IMG/VR virus record: IMGVR_UViG_3300032805_000001
Coordinates: 32,001 to 96,000 of that record
Origin: a virus
Reading direction: 5' to 3' (one strand)
DNA length: 64,000 nucleotides
Positions within the stretch are counted from its first letter, which is position 1; every line of letters starts with the position of its first letter. The position numbers and the translations under genes were made by a program. The notes beneath the pieces were generated by a model, which saw only the letters and a list, made by a program, of their open reading frames with translations, was not told the origin of the DNA and ran no database searches. Positions 1 to 7,874 of this stretch are shown here, piece after piece.

Positions 1-1
1 G

Positions 2-175
2 CTGGTGGTTGAGTCTGGGACGCCACGGCAGGAGATCGCCCAGGTGAACGGTACCAACGCGGGTTCGGTGTTCACGAACGGGCCGCTGACGTATTCCCAT
101 GGGACGGCGAGCACGTTTTCGCAGATCACGTCCGCGCCGGCAGTGGTGAGGACATCCCAGGTTGGGACGACCTGA
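2..175 (+). CDS. 3' end of a virion protein (partial)
   Basis: Frame 2 is open from the window edge (LVVESGTPRQEIAQV...LTYSHG); TGA overlaps the next ATG (TGATG). Confidence 0.7.
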   Translation: MVVESGTPRQEIAQVNGTNAGSVFTNGPLTYSHGTASTFSQITSAPAVVRTSQVGTT

Positions 176-450
176 TGATCGAGCCGCTCGGGGTGAGTGT
201 CGCCGGGACGGCCCCGGTGCTGCTTGCGACTGTCCCGCCGGGGCCGGCGTCGATCGTGATCACTAACGGTGGTACGGCGGCCCTGTATGTAGGCGCCGGG
301 ACTGCGGCTACCACGGCGAGTGGTGCCCCGGTCCCGGCGTCGGGGGTGGTGCCTTTGGGGCAGTTCTCGTCGTCGACGGCGACGAAGCTGTGGGGGATCA
401 CCTCGGGCGGCACGGTTTCGGCGGGCGTGTTCATCTCGACGGGGGCGTGA
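175..450 (+). CDS. Small virion-associated hypothetical protein
   Basis: 91 aa, beta-rich, translationally coupled, in the late operon. Confidence 0.7.
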   Translation: MIEPLGVSVAGTAPVLLATVPPGPASIVITNGGTAALYVGAGTAATTASGAPVPASGVVPLGQFSSSTATKLWGITSGGTVSAGVFISTGA

Positions 451-451
451 C

Positions 452-802
452 GTGAGCCGCACCGTAACTCTCCCGCCCGGCTGCGCTGGTTTCACCATGC
501 AGGACGGCACCCAGTACCGGGGCCGTGAAGGCGGCAGCGTCACCGTCACTGACGAGCACGCCCCGCATATTCAGCGGCAGGTCGGCGGGGATGCGGGCCT
601 GGTCGGATCGGCGGCGTTCCGCCAGTTCGCGGGGACGCGGGACGGCCGCTGGTGCGAGCCATGCCGGTTCTTGGCTCAGCGCTGGTCGGTGGTCTGCCCG
701 CGCTGTGGCCGGGACACGATTCCCGAGGCGGAGATGCCAGAGCCGCCGAAGGCGGACATGCCGTCAGACTGCGCGGTGATCGCTATGACCGTGGTCGCGT
801 GA
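452..802 (+). CDS. Hypothetical protein with CxxC...CxxC Zn ribbon
   Basis: GTG just after the upstream stop; WCEPC...CPRCG. Confidence 0.65.
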   Translation: MSRTVTLPPGCAGFTMQDGTQYRGREGGSVTVTDEHAPHIQRQVGGDAGLVGSAAFRQFAGTRDGRWCEPCRFLAQRWSVVCPRCGRDTIPEAEMPEPPKADMPSDCAVIAMTVVA

Positions 803-1235
803 GGTTGGCCACCAGGTTTCCGAGCATCTGCTCCTCGGATGGCCCGGTGACGGTCGCCACCTCGGGCTTGCCGGTGATGACGAGGCCTTCGCCAACTGAG
901 ATGGTGTTCACGCATTCCTCGGCTTCCCAGTCGCCGCCGCAGTGCACCTTGAGCAGCATCGACGGGGCGATGTGCACGAGGACGCCAAGCGCGTCAGCGA
1001 CGTCCTTGACGGTGTAGTCCCGTTCGGCGAGGTTCCCGCAGCGGTTCATCTGCGGGGCGGGCCATGCACCAAGCCCGAAGAGTGACGGGCGTTCCGTGCT
1101 GAAGCTGAGGCAGGAGTAGGGCTCGCTCCAGCCCGGCCAGTCGAATGCGTCGCCGCGGTCGAGCAGGTCCCGCAGGGCGCGGGCGTGGTCTTCCGTCATC
1201 GTGCCGGTGATGTTCACCGTGCGCCAGTTACCCAT
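783..1235 (-). CDS. Antisense moron, hypothetical protein
   Basis: 150 aa with natural composition, filling the gap between + strand genes; GATGAT 6 nt upstream of ATG. Confidence 0.7.
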   Translation of the reverse strand: MGNWRTVNITGTMTEDHARALRDLLDRGDAFDWPGWSEPYSCLSFSTERPSLFGLGAWPAPQMNRCGNLAERDYTVKDVADALGVLVHIAPSMLLKVHCGGDWEAEECVNTISVGEGLVITGKPEVATVTGPSEEQMLGNLVANLTRPRS

Positions 1236-1267
1236 CTACTCATCATCAAGCACAGAAGGAGAATCTC

Positions 1268-1909
1268 TTGACGATTTACGCCAGGTCAGACCTGGCCTTC
1301 GTGTCTATTTCCCAGGCTCACGGAGGCTGCGGCCAGCCGCATCGCCGACCCGTTGAGCGTGGGGCACCGGCCAAGCTCTGGGCCTTGACCTGCGGTGGCG
1401 GCTGCGAGGATCATCTTCGCGGCGACCCGCTGTGGTCCACGACTATCTCTGAGATCCCCGAGACCCATGACGAGAAGAACGTCCGCGAGGACTGGGAGAA
1501 GCGTGGTGCCCAGGACCGGGACGCGATCATGCCTGTTCTGCTGGCGAAGCTCGCCGGTGTGGACGTGAGCCAGCTTCCTGAGTCTCTTACCCGGGCGATT
1601 TCTGGTGCGTCGCTGCACATTCCGGGGGTGCTGGAGTGCCCGAAGGGGCATGCGCAGCCGTCTGGGCAGGATTTTTGCGGGAAGTGCGGGGCGCCGATGC
1701 ATGAGCGGGCGGCGACTGGGGTGCTTCCGGTGGCTGAGGTACGCGAGCCGGCGGCTGAGGTGCGTATCCCGGATGCGCCTAAGCGGGAGCTGGCGGACCT
1801 GCATCCGCAGAAGCTGCGGAAGATGTGCCGGGAGCGAGGCCTGTCTGACTCTGGGACGCGACCGGAGATGATCGCCCGGCTCGAGGCGGCGAAGAGGGTG
1901 GCAGCCTAG
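1268..1909 (+). CDS. Zn-ribbon and SAP-like domain protein
   Basis: AAGGAG RBS, TTG start; CPKGH...CGKCG; C-terminal LRKMCRERGLSDSGTRPEMIARL. Confidence 0.75.
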   Translation: MTIYARSDLAFVSISQAHGGCGQPHRRPVERGAPAKLWALTCGGGCEDHLRGDPLWSTTISEIPETHDEKNVREDWEKRGAQDRDAIMPVLLAKLAGVDVSQLPESLTRAISGASLHIPGVLECPKGHAQPSGQDFCGKCGAPMHERAATGVLPVAEVREPAAEVRIPDAPKRELADLHPQKLRKMCRERGLSDSGTRPEMIARLEAAKRVAA

Positions 1910-1918
1910 CTCGTTCAC

Positions 1919-2035
1919 TGCGGGAGGCCGGGCGGGCTTCGATCCCGCAAATGTCCCGATACCAGCCGCGCCTACTCGTGCACGTTTCAGCTTGGCCACA
2001 CGGTGCCCTGCCAATTGGGCTACCGGCCTCCCGCA
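1919..2035 (-). ncRNA. tRNA-like RNA with enlarged anticodon region
   Basis: Minus strand: AGGCCGG-TA-GCCC AATTGGCA GGGC-A-(55 nt)-GCGGG ATCGAAG CCCGC-CCGGCCT; closing stem extends to 13 bp; TATGCT at 2046-2041. Confidence 0.6.
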
Positions 2036-2065
2036 CTACGAGCATAGACAGGGGGCGATCTCCCC

Positions 2066-3010
2066 GTGTCCCTGCTGTATCCGGCCGGGCAAACGCCCTA
2101 TTGCACGCCAAACGAGCTCATAGCCGCCCCCACGGGTATCTCCTGGTCCACGATCCCGCCGTATAAGGGGACGACCCCGGCGCAGAATGTGGCCGAGCAG
2201 CTCAACATGCTGATGCGGGCGACCGCGCAATGCGATTTGTACACGAATCAGGTCCTCCGGGCGACTCTCGACACGGAGCAGATCAGCGGCCCTGACTTCC
2301 GGGTGACGATCCAGACCGGCTCACAGAACGGCCGGGTGATCTTGTCCCGCTGGCCGATCCTGTCGATCACCCAGATCCAGGTCGCGCCGAATAACATGTT
2401 CCCGCGCCAGTGGACGACCCTGCCAGCCGGGTACTACGACATCGAGCATCCGGTGATCGGCGTGTACGGGTCGATTGCCCCTTCGGACTCGGGGGATGGC
2501 GGCCAGTCGATCGTTATCTCACCGGGGTACGTGAACTGGGCGAATGGCCGCAATGGTGTCCTTTTGCGTGTCTCGTACGTCAATGGATGGCCGCACTGTT
2601 CCCTGACCGGGAATGTCGCTGCTGGTGCTATGACTATTCCGGTTGATGACTGCACCGGGTGGGCGATCACCGGGGAGTTCGGGGTTACGGGTGCGGCGGG
2701 GACGATCTATGACAGCGGCCAGCAGGAAGGCGTGCAGGTCACTGCGGCGTCGGCGACGTCGGGGCCGGGGACGCTGACGCTTTCGTCGGCGCTCACGTTC
2801 GGGCATGCCGCGGGGGTGATGGTGACGTCGCTGCCGCAGTCGGTGATCTGGGCGACGATCCTGTTCGCCTCGGCGCAGGCTCTTACCCGTGGTTCCACGT
2901 CGACGACGGTCCACAACATTCCCGGGACGGGGGCGAGCGGGGAGAAAAGCGCCGCGGACCTCATCGGGGACGCTGAGATGCTGCTGCATCCGTTGCGCAG
3001 GACGATCTAG
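2066..3010 (+). CDS. Head-to-tail adaptor/connector-like protein
   Basis: Position; N-terminal YCTPNEL, YVNGW, C-terminal AEMLLHPLRR typical of connector proteins. Confidence 0.65.
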   Translation: MSLLYPAGQTPYCTPNELIAAPTGISWSTIPPYKGTTPAQNVAEQLNMLMRATAQCDLYTNQVLRATLDTEQISGPDFRVTIQTGSQNGRVILSRWPILSITQIQVAPNNMFPRQWTTLPAGYYDIEHPVIGVYGSIAPSDSGDGGQSIVISPGYVNWANGRNGVLLRVSYVNGWPHCSLTGNVAAGAMTIPVDDCTGWAITGEFGVTGAAGTIYDSGQQEGVQVTAASATSGPGTLTLSSALTFGHAAGVMVTSLPQSVIWATILFASAQALTRGSTSTTVHNIPGTGASGEKSAADLIGDAEMLLHPLRRTI

Positions 3011-3021
3011 GAGGCGCCGCG

Positions 3022-3204
3022 ATGGCTTCCCGCAGGGCGATGCATAACGCTGGCCGCCGGAACCACTATGCGGCACGCCGCGCCGCGCACATTAAGGCCC
3101 GGCATTCGGCGCCTGGGTGCTGCGGGGCCATGGGTGGCGGCGGCGGGGGCAGCAAGACCGCTGTGCCGCCGGCGGCGGCACAGTCGCCGCAGACAGCCAG
3201 GTAA
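3022..3204 (+). CDS. Small basic hypothetical protein
   Basis: AGGAGG RBS, fills intergenic gap. Confidence 0.45.
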   Translation: MASRRAMHNAGRRNHYAARRAAHIKARHSAPGCCGAMGGGGGGSKTAVPPAAAQSPQTAR

Positions 3205-3208
3205 CACA

Positions 3209-3724
3209 GTGTCTTTGAACACGGCTCAATTGTTCATCCAGTCCTTGCTTGATGACTTGCCGCTGCCCGGTGACGCCACCCCGAACCTGTCCGCCGTCAT
3301 CACCCCTCCGGACCCGAACGTTCAGGCTGAGGCGCCGACCGCCTACATCTGGCCCACCCGCGGTGTTGAGTCCCGTAACCCGGCGCTGGGCGGCACGATC
3401 CCCCGTAACACCGGGCCGGGTACTCCGTCGGGGCTGAAACCGCTCGAGCACAGCCTGGAGATTTTCCTCGTCTACTTCGGGCAGAACGACGACACTGAAG
3501 CGGACACCTTGTTCCCGGGGATCATCGAAGCGGTCATGCAGGCGCTGCGGACGTCCCCGAACCCGGCGCAGCAGCAGGACCCGTACTCGGGTGTGGTGTC
3601 CACATTCGTCGACGTCGGCGAGCAAATGACGTGGGAAGTGGTCATCAACGCTGTCGAGAACCAGGCGTACAACCGGTACGACTGTCTTCTGACCTGCAAG
3701 ATGTTCGAGCTGATCTTCGCCTAG
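3209..3724 (+). CDS. Tail terminator/completion-like protein
   Basis: GTG start chosen; position upstream of major tail gene; about 170 aa. Confidence 0.55.
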   Translation: MSLNTAQLFIQSLLDDLPLPGDATPNLSAVITPPDPNVQAEAPTAYIWPTRGVESRNPALGGTIPRNTGPGTPSGLKPLEHSLEIFLVYFGQNDDTEADTLFPGIIEAVMQALRTSPNPAQQQDPYSGVVSTFVDVGEQMTWEVVINAVENQAYNRYDCLLTCKMFELIFA

Positions 3725-3730
3725 CGGCCA

Positions 3731-4048
3731 TTATTCAAGCCAGCGGTCGCGATCGGGGAGCGCCACGAACCTCGCGTTTTGCCATCCCTGGTCCGTGCCG
3801 GGTGCATGGAGCGGCTCAACAACCTGCCGGTCACCCTCAATACGGACAAGGCGCCCAATGCTGTCCGGGTCAAAGCGATCCGGCCTCATGCCGCCCCATC
3901 GCGAAACCTCTAGCACGAGGTCACCCGGTTGCGGGTTCCGCATGCGTTCCCCAAGTTCCTTGATGACCGGCGGTGCATTGCCGATCAGCGTGGCCCTGTA
4001 CAACTCGCGCCCGATGATCGCCAGCAGGTAGACATCCTCGCCTGTCAT
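3731..4048 (-). CDS. Antisense moron, hypothetical protein
   Basis: 105 aa; TACGGT 6 nt upstream of ATG. Confidence 0.65.
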   Translation of the reverse strand: MTGEDVYLLAIIGRELYRATLIGNAPPVIKELGERMRNPQPGDLVLEVSRWGGMRPDRFDPDSIGRLVRIEGDRQVVEPLHAPGTDQGWQNARFVALPDRDRWLE

Positions 4049-4077
4049 GCGCTGACCGTACCGAATGTCTCAGACCG

Positions 4078-4099
4078 CCCCGCCCGGTGCGGGGTTTTT
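4078..4099 (+). terminator. Intrinsic terminator-like hairpin
   Basis: CCCCGC-ccggt-GCGGGG-TTTTT. Confidence 0.55.
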
Positions 4100-4116
4100 C
4101 ATGCCCGGAGGCGCGC

Positions 4117-4419
4117 ATGCTCTGCACCTACACCGGCAGTGACAGCCGGATGTATCTCGACTACCGGGACGCCTTCACGGGCCGGTCGCTGGAGGCCGCC
4201 CCCGGCGGCACCTACGACATCGAGGTCGCCTCCGGGCAGCCTGGCAGCCTCCCGCTGCCTCCTGGTGACGGCCGCTGGCTTGCCGCAGCCGAGGGCGTGC
4301 CTGGGGCTCCGGCGGCCCCGCCGTGGCCGCCTGCTCCTGTTCCTGCGGCCGAGCCTGAACCGGTCGCGCCTGTCACACCCGAAGAGGCCGGCGACCGCCC
4401 GGCAGATGAGGAGAGCTAA
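4117..4419 (+). CDS. Hypothetical protein, Pro-rich tail
   Basis: GGAGG RBS; directly precedes major tail gene. Confidence 0.65.
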   Translation: MLCTYTGSDSRMYLDYRDAFTGRSLEAAPGGTYDIEVASGQPGSLPLPPGDGRWLAAAEGVPGAPAAPPWPPAPVPAAEPEPVAPVTPEEAGDRPADEES

Positions 4420-4421
4420 CC

Positions 4422-5702
4422 ATGGCACTCGGTGGCCCTTCCGTTGCGCCATCCACTAGGTCCTGGCTCGGGGTCGCCCGCGAGCTCACTGTCGGCAAAG
4501 TTGTCGCGCCGACGAACACGATTCCCATGGATCCGAAGTCGTACTCACCGGAGGACACCCCGAAGTTCCTCCCGGATGAGGCGATCCGCGGCAGCATGGC
4601 CATGTTGTACGAGGACATCATCGGCCCTGCTGATGCCACGTTTTCTTTCGGCGGTCCCGCGTTCCTTGACACGCACGGGTTTTTCCTTGACAACATTTTC
4701 GGGGACTTGTCGACGACTGGCACTGTGTCGGCGGGTACGTCGACGTCGTTTTCTGGTTCCCCGGCGGTGGGAGCGACCGCGATCACGGTGGGGAACGGGA
4801 CTGCGTTCACTGTCGGGCAGACCGTGCAGATCGACTCTGGGTCGATCGCTGAGGTGGTGACGCTGGATGCGACAGCTTCCACTGGTCTTGGTTTCGGCAG
4901 TAACCCGCTCCGGTTCGCGCATGGCGCGTCGGGGACTGTGTTCACGGTCGTGGCCCCGTTCACGCACACGTTCGCGCTGCTCAACTCCCAGTTGGGCTAC
5001 GGGGGAGTGCCTGGTGCGCAGCCGCCCACACTGACCCTCACGGACAACACGGGCCTGAACTACGGCGGCACGCCGGGCACGAACACCTCCTATGCACGTG
5101 CCTATCCCAGCGCATGCGTGTCCGCCGTCGACATCAGCGGCAACGTCGAGCAGCTCCTGGATTTCAAGGTGACGGGGAACTCGTGGGTGTCGATCCCGGC
5201 GCCGGCGACCCCGACGAACACGATTTCCAGCGTCATCCCACAGGCGAACTGGAAGTCGCAGCTTTACGTCGGGGGAACCACCCCCTCGAACCTGATCACT
5301 ACGAACGGTGAATGGGCTGTCAACCTGAAGCGCCAGTTGCAGGTGTACTGGACGTCGCAGGGGACGATTTCGCCGTTCGTTATCGCGCGTGGCCCGCTCA
5401 GCGCAACGCTGTCGATGAAGTTCACGGCACCGGCGGATGAGACTCCGCTGAGCTACATGCTGTATCAGGGTCCTCTGTGGGTTCACATCAACCTGAACAG
5501 CGGAAACACGGGCGGTACGAGCTTGTCGATGACGATCGACGCGAACAATGTGCAGTTCACGAAGAGCAAGATCGGCAGGAGTGCCGTGCTGGTCGATTTC
5601 GACGATACGGCCGAATGTATCGCCAACACAGTCAACACGGGTGGCACCGGCGGTCTCGGCCCGGTCCGGGTTCAGCTTGTTAATGCGCAACCCACGTATT
5701 AA
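4422..5702 (+). CDS. Major tail (tube) protein with an inserted beta module
   Basis: WLGVARELTVG N-terminus and C-terminal VQLVNAQPTY typical of tail tube proteins; precedes chaperone and tape measure. Confidence 0.85.
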   Translation: MALGGPSVAPSTRSWLGVARELTVGKVVAPTNTIPMDPKSYSPEDTPKFLPDEAIRGSMAMLYEDIIGPADATFSFGGPAFLDTHGFFLDNIFGDLSTTGTVSAGTSTSFSGSPAVGATAITVGNGTAFTVGQTVQIDSGSIAEVVTLDATASTGLGFGSNPLRFAHGASGTVFTVVAPFTHTFALLNSQLGYGGVPGAQPPTLTLTDNTGLNYGGTPGTNTSYARAYPSACVSAVDISGNVEQLLDFKVTGNSWVSIPAPATPTNTISSVIPQANWKSQLYVGGTTPSNLITTNGEWAVNLKRQLQVYWTSQGTISPFVIARGPLSATLSMKFTAPADETPLSYMLYQGPLWVHINLNSGNTGGTSLSMTIDANNVQFTKSKIGRSAVLVDFDDTAECIANTVNTGGTGGLGPVRVQLVNAQPTY

Positions 5703-5740
5703 CAAGTTCTGCACGCTTCTATTGAATTGGAGGCCCCTCG

Positions 5741-6139
5741 TTGGGCAATGAATTGACCGGCGACACGTGGCGTATCGAACTGCCGTCCGGTGGATGGGTC
5801 CAGGTCCGTTCCCGGATGACGGTCGAGGATCAGCGTGCGGTGCAGGGCGCCGTCGACGTCGAGGTGCACAGCGATGGGCAGGGCAATAACGTTGCCCGTC
5901 TCCCCGGGGATCATCAGATGGCCCGCCGGGCGGCCCTGCTGCACCGGATCATCACCGGCTGGTCGTATGCGGAGCAGGGCATTCCGGTCCCGTCGCAGAA
6001 CGTCGCGGGCCCGGACACGGTGGAGTCAGTCCTGTCCGACCTGGATGACATGGCCGCGGTCGATGAGGCGATCGCGCCGCTGATGGAGAAGGTGAACCCG
6101 AGCCGCCGCCCAAATTCGACGAGGCCGTCTCCCGCCTGA
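5741..6139 (+). CDS. Tail assembly chaperone (gpG-like)
   Basis: After tail tube gene; IITGWSY motif; slippery heptamer near 3' end. Confidence 0.8.
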   Translation: MGNELTGDTWRIELPSGGWVQVRSRMTVEDQRAVQGAVDVEVHSDGQGNNVARLPGDHQMARRAALLHRIITGWSYAEQGIPVPSQNVAGPDTVESVLSDLDDMAAVDEAIAPLMEKVNPSRRPNSTRPSPA

Positions 6140-6363
6140 CCGCCTACCTCTACAGCCATGGGAAGACCGGGGCCCCGCCGGAGGGGATGCCGGCGGATGC
6201 GCTGCTGGATGAGTGGTTCGCGGACACGTACGGGTATACGCCGGCGGAGATCGCGGAGATGCCTTTGGAGGCGTATCAGTGGTTCCCGGTGATCCGCCGG
6301 GCGCATAACGAGGCGGCGTCGCTGCGGCACCGGCAGGAGCAGCGGATGCAGGGCCGGGGGTGA
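6109..6363 (+). CDS. -1 frameshift extension of tail chaperone (gpGT-like)
   Basis: C CCA AAT at 6109-6115; -1 frame reads PKFDEAVSRL...EWFADTYGYTPAEIAEMPL...GRG* to 6363. Confidence 0.75.
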   Translation, partial: PKFDEAVSRLTAYLYSHGKTGAPPEGMPADALLDEWFADTYGYTPAEIAEMPLEAYQWFPVIRRAHNEAASLRHRQEQRMQGRG

Positions 6364-6366
6364 GCG

Positions 6367-6855
6367 GTGACCCCTGATGAACTGCCGGGTTTTCTTGCCG
6401 GGTTCCGGGATCGGGTGATGGCGACGCCGGGGCCGTGCGCTAAGGCGATGGCGGATGAGTATAAGACGCATCTGACGCGGGTGACGTTGCAGCGGTATCA
6501 CTCGGCTCCGGGCCAGTTCGGTACTCCGTCGCCGGCGTTTGAGGGGCCTGTGGCGTCCCGTACGGGGCGGCTGGCCGCGTCGGTGACGGCGTGGGGCGGC
6601 GCGTCGGATGGGGCGGTGGGGACGGCTTTCGTGGCGCCGCACACGATCTATGCGGTGACGCAGGAGTGGGGGGAGGTTCACTTCGCGCGGACCCGTCACC
6701 TCATGCACTGGACGAACTCCGGTGGCTCCTGGTGGAAGAAGCGGGTCGATATCCCGGAACGCCCGTACATGCGTACTGCCACGAAGGAGACCGTCGCGGA
6801 CGGGTCGCTGACGCGGGCGGCGATAGACATGTTTGTCTCGATCGTGGGGTTCTAA
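6367..6855 (+). CDS. HK97 gp10-like neck/minor tail protein
   Basis: RTGRLAAS, YAVTQEWG, IPERPYMR motifs. Confidence 0.7.
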   Translation: MTPDELPGFLAGFRDRVMATPGPCAKAMADEYKTHLTRVTLQRYHSAPGQFGTPSPAFEGPVASRTGRLAASVTAWGGASDGAVGTAFVAPHTIYAVTQEWGEVHFARTRHLMHWTNSGGSWWKKRVDIPERPYMRTATKETVADGSLTRAAIDMFVSIVGF

Positions 6856-7844
6856 TGGCGGCGCTCCGCGTAGGCGCGGTTGGAGCAGTTCTTAGAGCAG
6901 TACACGTTCTGGACTGTTCGCGGGACAAACATGGTTCCGCACTGCTTACACGGCGTCGTGCCCTCGCCGTTTTCGAGCGCCTGGACGCGAGCTTGCCTGC
7001 TCAGTTTGTCGTAGCAAGAACTGGAGCAGCACTTTATGTCGGAGCGGCAACCCCGGAATGTAGTGCCGCAGAACTGGCAGGTTAGTTCCCAGGAGTTTTC
7101 GGCCCGGGGTTTCCGGGGCTGCTTCATGCGCTCGCGCACCTCATCCTTGGCTCGCGCGAGGTTGTCGGCGATGCGGCGCAGCCGGCCCGGGTCATCTAGG
7201 GCTATGCCGATGAGGCGGTTGCATTCTTTGCAGGCCAGCCCGCGACGGCATCTCTCGCATGATTTGGCCAGCGGACAGCATGCATGGTCGTGGTCCAGGT
7301 GGATCGCCTTGGGTACGTCTCGCTTCAGGTCGTCGCCACACAGGTAGCACTTGCCGCCCTGAGCTTCCCAGAATGCCCGAAACAGGCTCTCCCAGTTGAT
7401 CCCGTGCTGGTGTAGGTACTTGTTGCCGAGATCCTGAGAGCGCCGTTCCTTGGCGCGCGCTAGGATGCGCTCGCGGTTGTCTCGGTAGTACTGGCGCTTC
7501 TCGGCCCGCCGAGCCGCCGCCCCTTCTGGATCGGCACTGACCTTCGCGTAGCGTTCCCGCTTCTCGGCTCGGACGCGATCACCGTGTTTCGCTTCATAGC
7601 GGCGTTCAATCTCACGGCGGCTGGCGCGATTCTCCCGCGCCCAGCGAGCATGCACCTCGCGCTGCCGATCTTGATTTTCCCGGTTATAGAACCGGCGATG
7701 ACAGTCGCCTGTGCAGAATCGCGCGTCGCTCCTTTTGGCGGTAAACGTCTGCCCGCACTCGGCGCACGTCTTCTCGTATGAAGTTCGCAGGACGTGCGTG
7801 TGACGTCCGCATTTGCATCCTGGGGGGCATCCTCTTCTGGCCAT
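6852..7844 (-). CDS. Endonuclease VII-like homing endonuclease
   Basis: QGGKCYLC...LDHDH...RGLACKECNRLIG with flanking Zn fingers; antisense insertion; TATACT upstream. Confidence 0.85.
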   Translation of the reverse strand: MARRGCPPGCKCGRHTHVLRTSYEKTCAECGQTFTAKRSDARFCTGDCHRRFYNRENQDRQREVHARWARENRASRREIERRYEAKHGDRVRAEKRERYAKVSADPEGAAARRAEKRQYYRDNRERILARAKERRSQDLGNKYLHQHGINWESLFRAFWEAQGGKCYLCGDDLKRDVPKAIHLDHDHACCPLAKSCERCRRGLACKECNRLIGIALDDPGRLRRIADNLARAKDEVRERMKQPRKPRAENSWELTCQFCGTTFRGCRSDIKCCSSSCYDKLSRQARVQALENGEGTTPCKQCGTMFVPRTVQNVYCSKNCSNRAYAERRH

Positions 7845-7874
7845 CACTAAGTATAGCTGATTGTCAGGAGGAAA

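Noticed and set aside
1925-2029. Canonical tRNA gene (e.g. Phe from CTGAAAC)
   Set aside because: No 5-bp stem flanks that 7-mer; the region is about 33 nt too long and lacks CCA.
4545-5714. Long overlapping ORFs (also 13470-14933, 16521-17771, 23255-24664, 29042-30592, 30710-31660)
   Set aside because: Arg/Pro-rich shadow frames opposite well-supported genes, expected at high GC.
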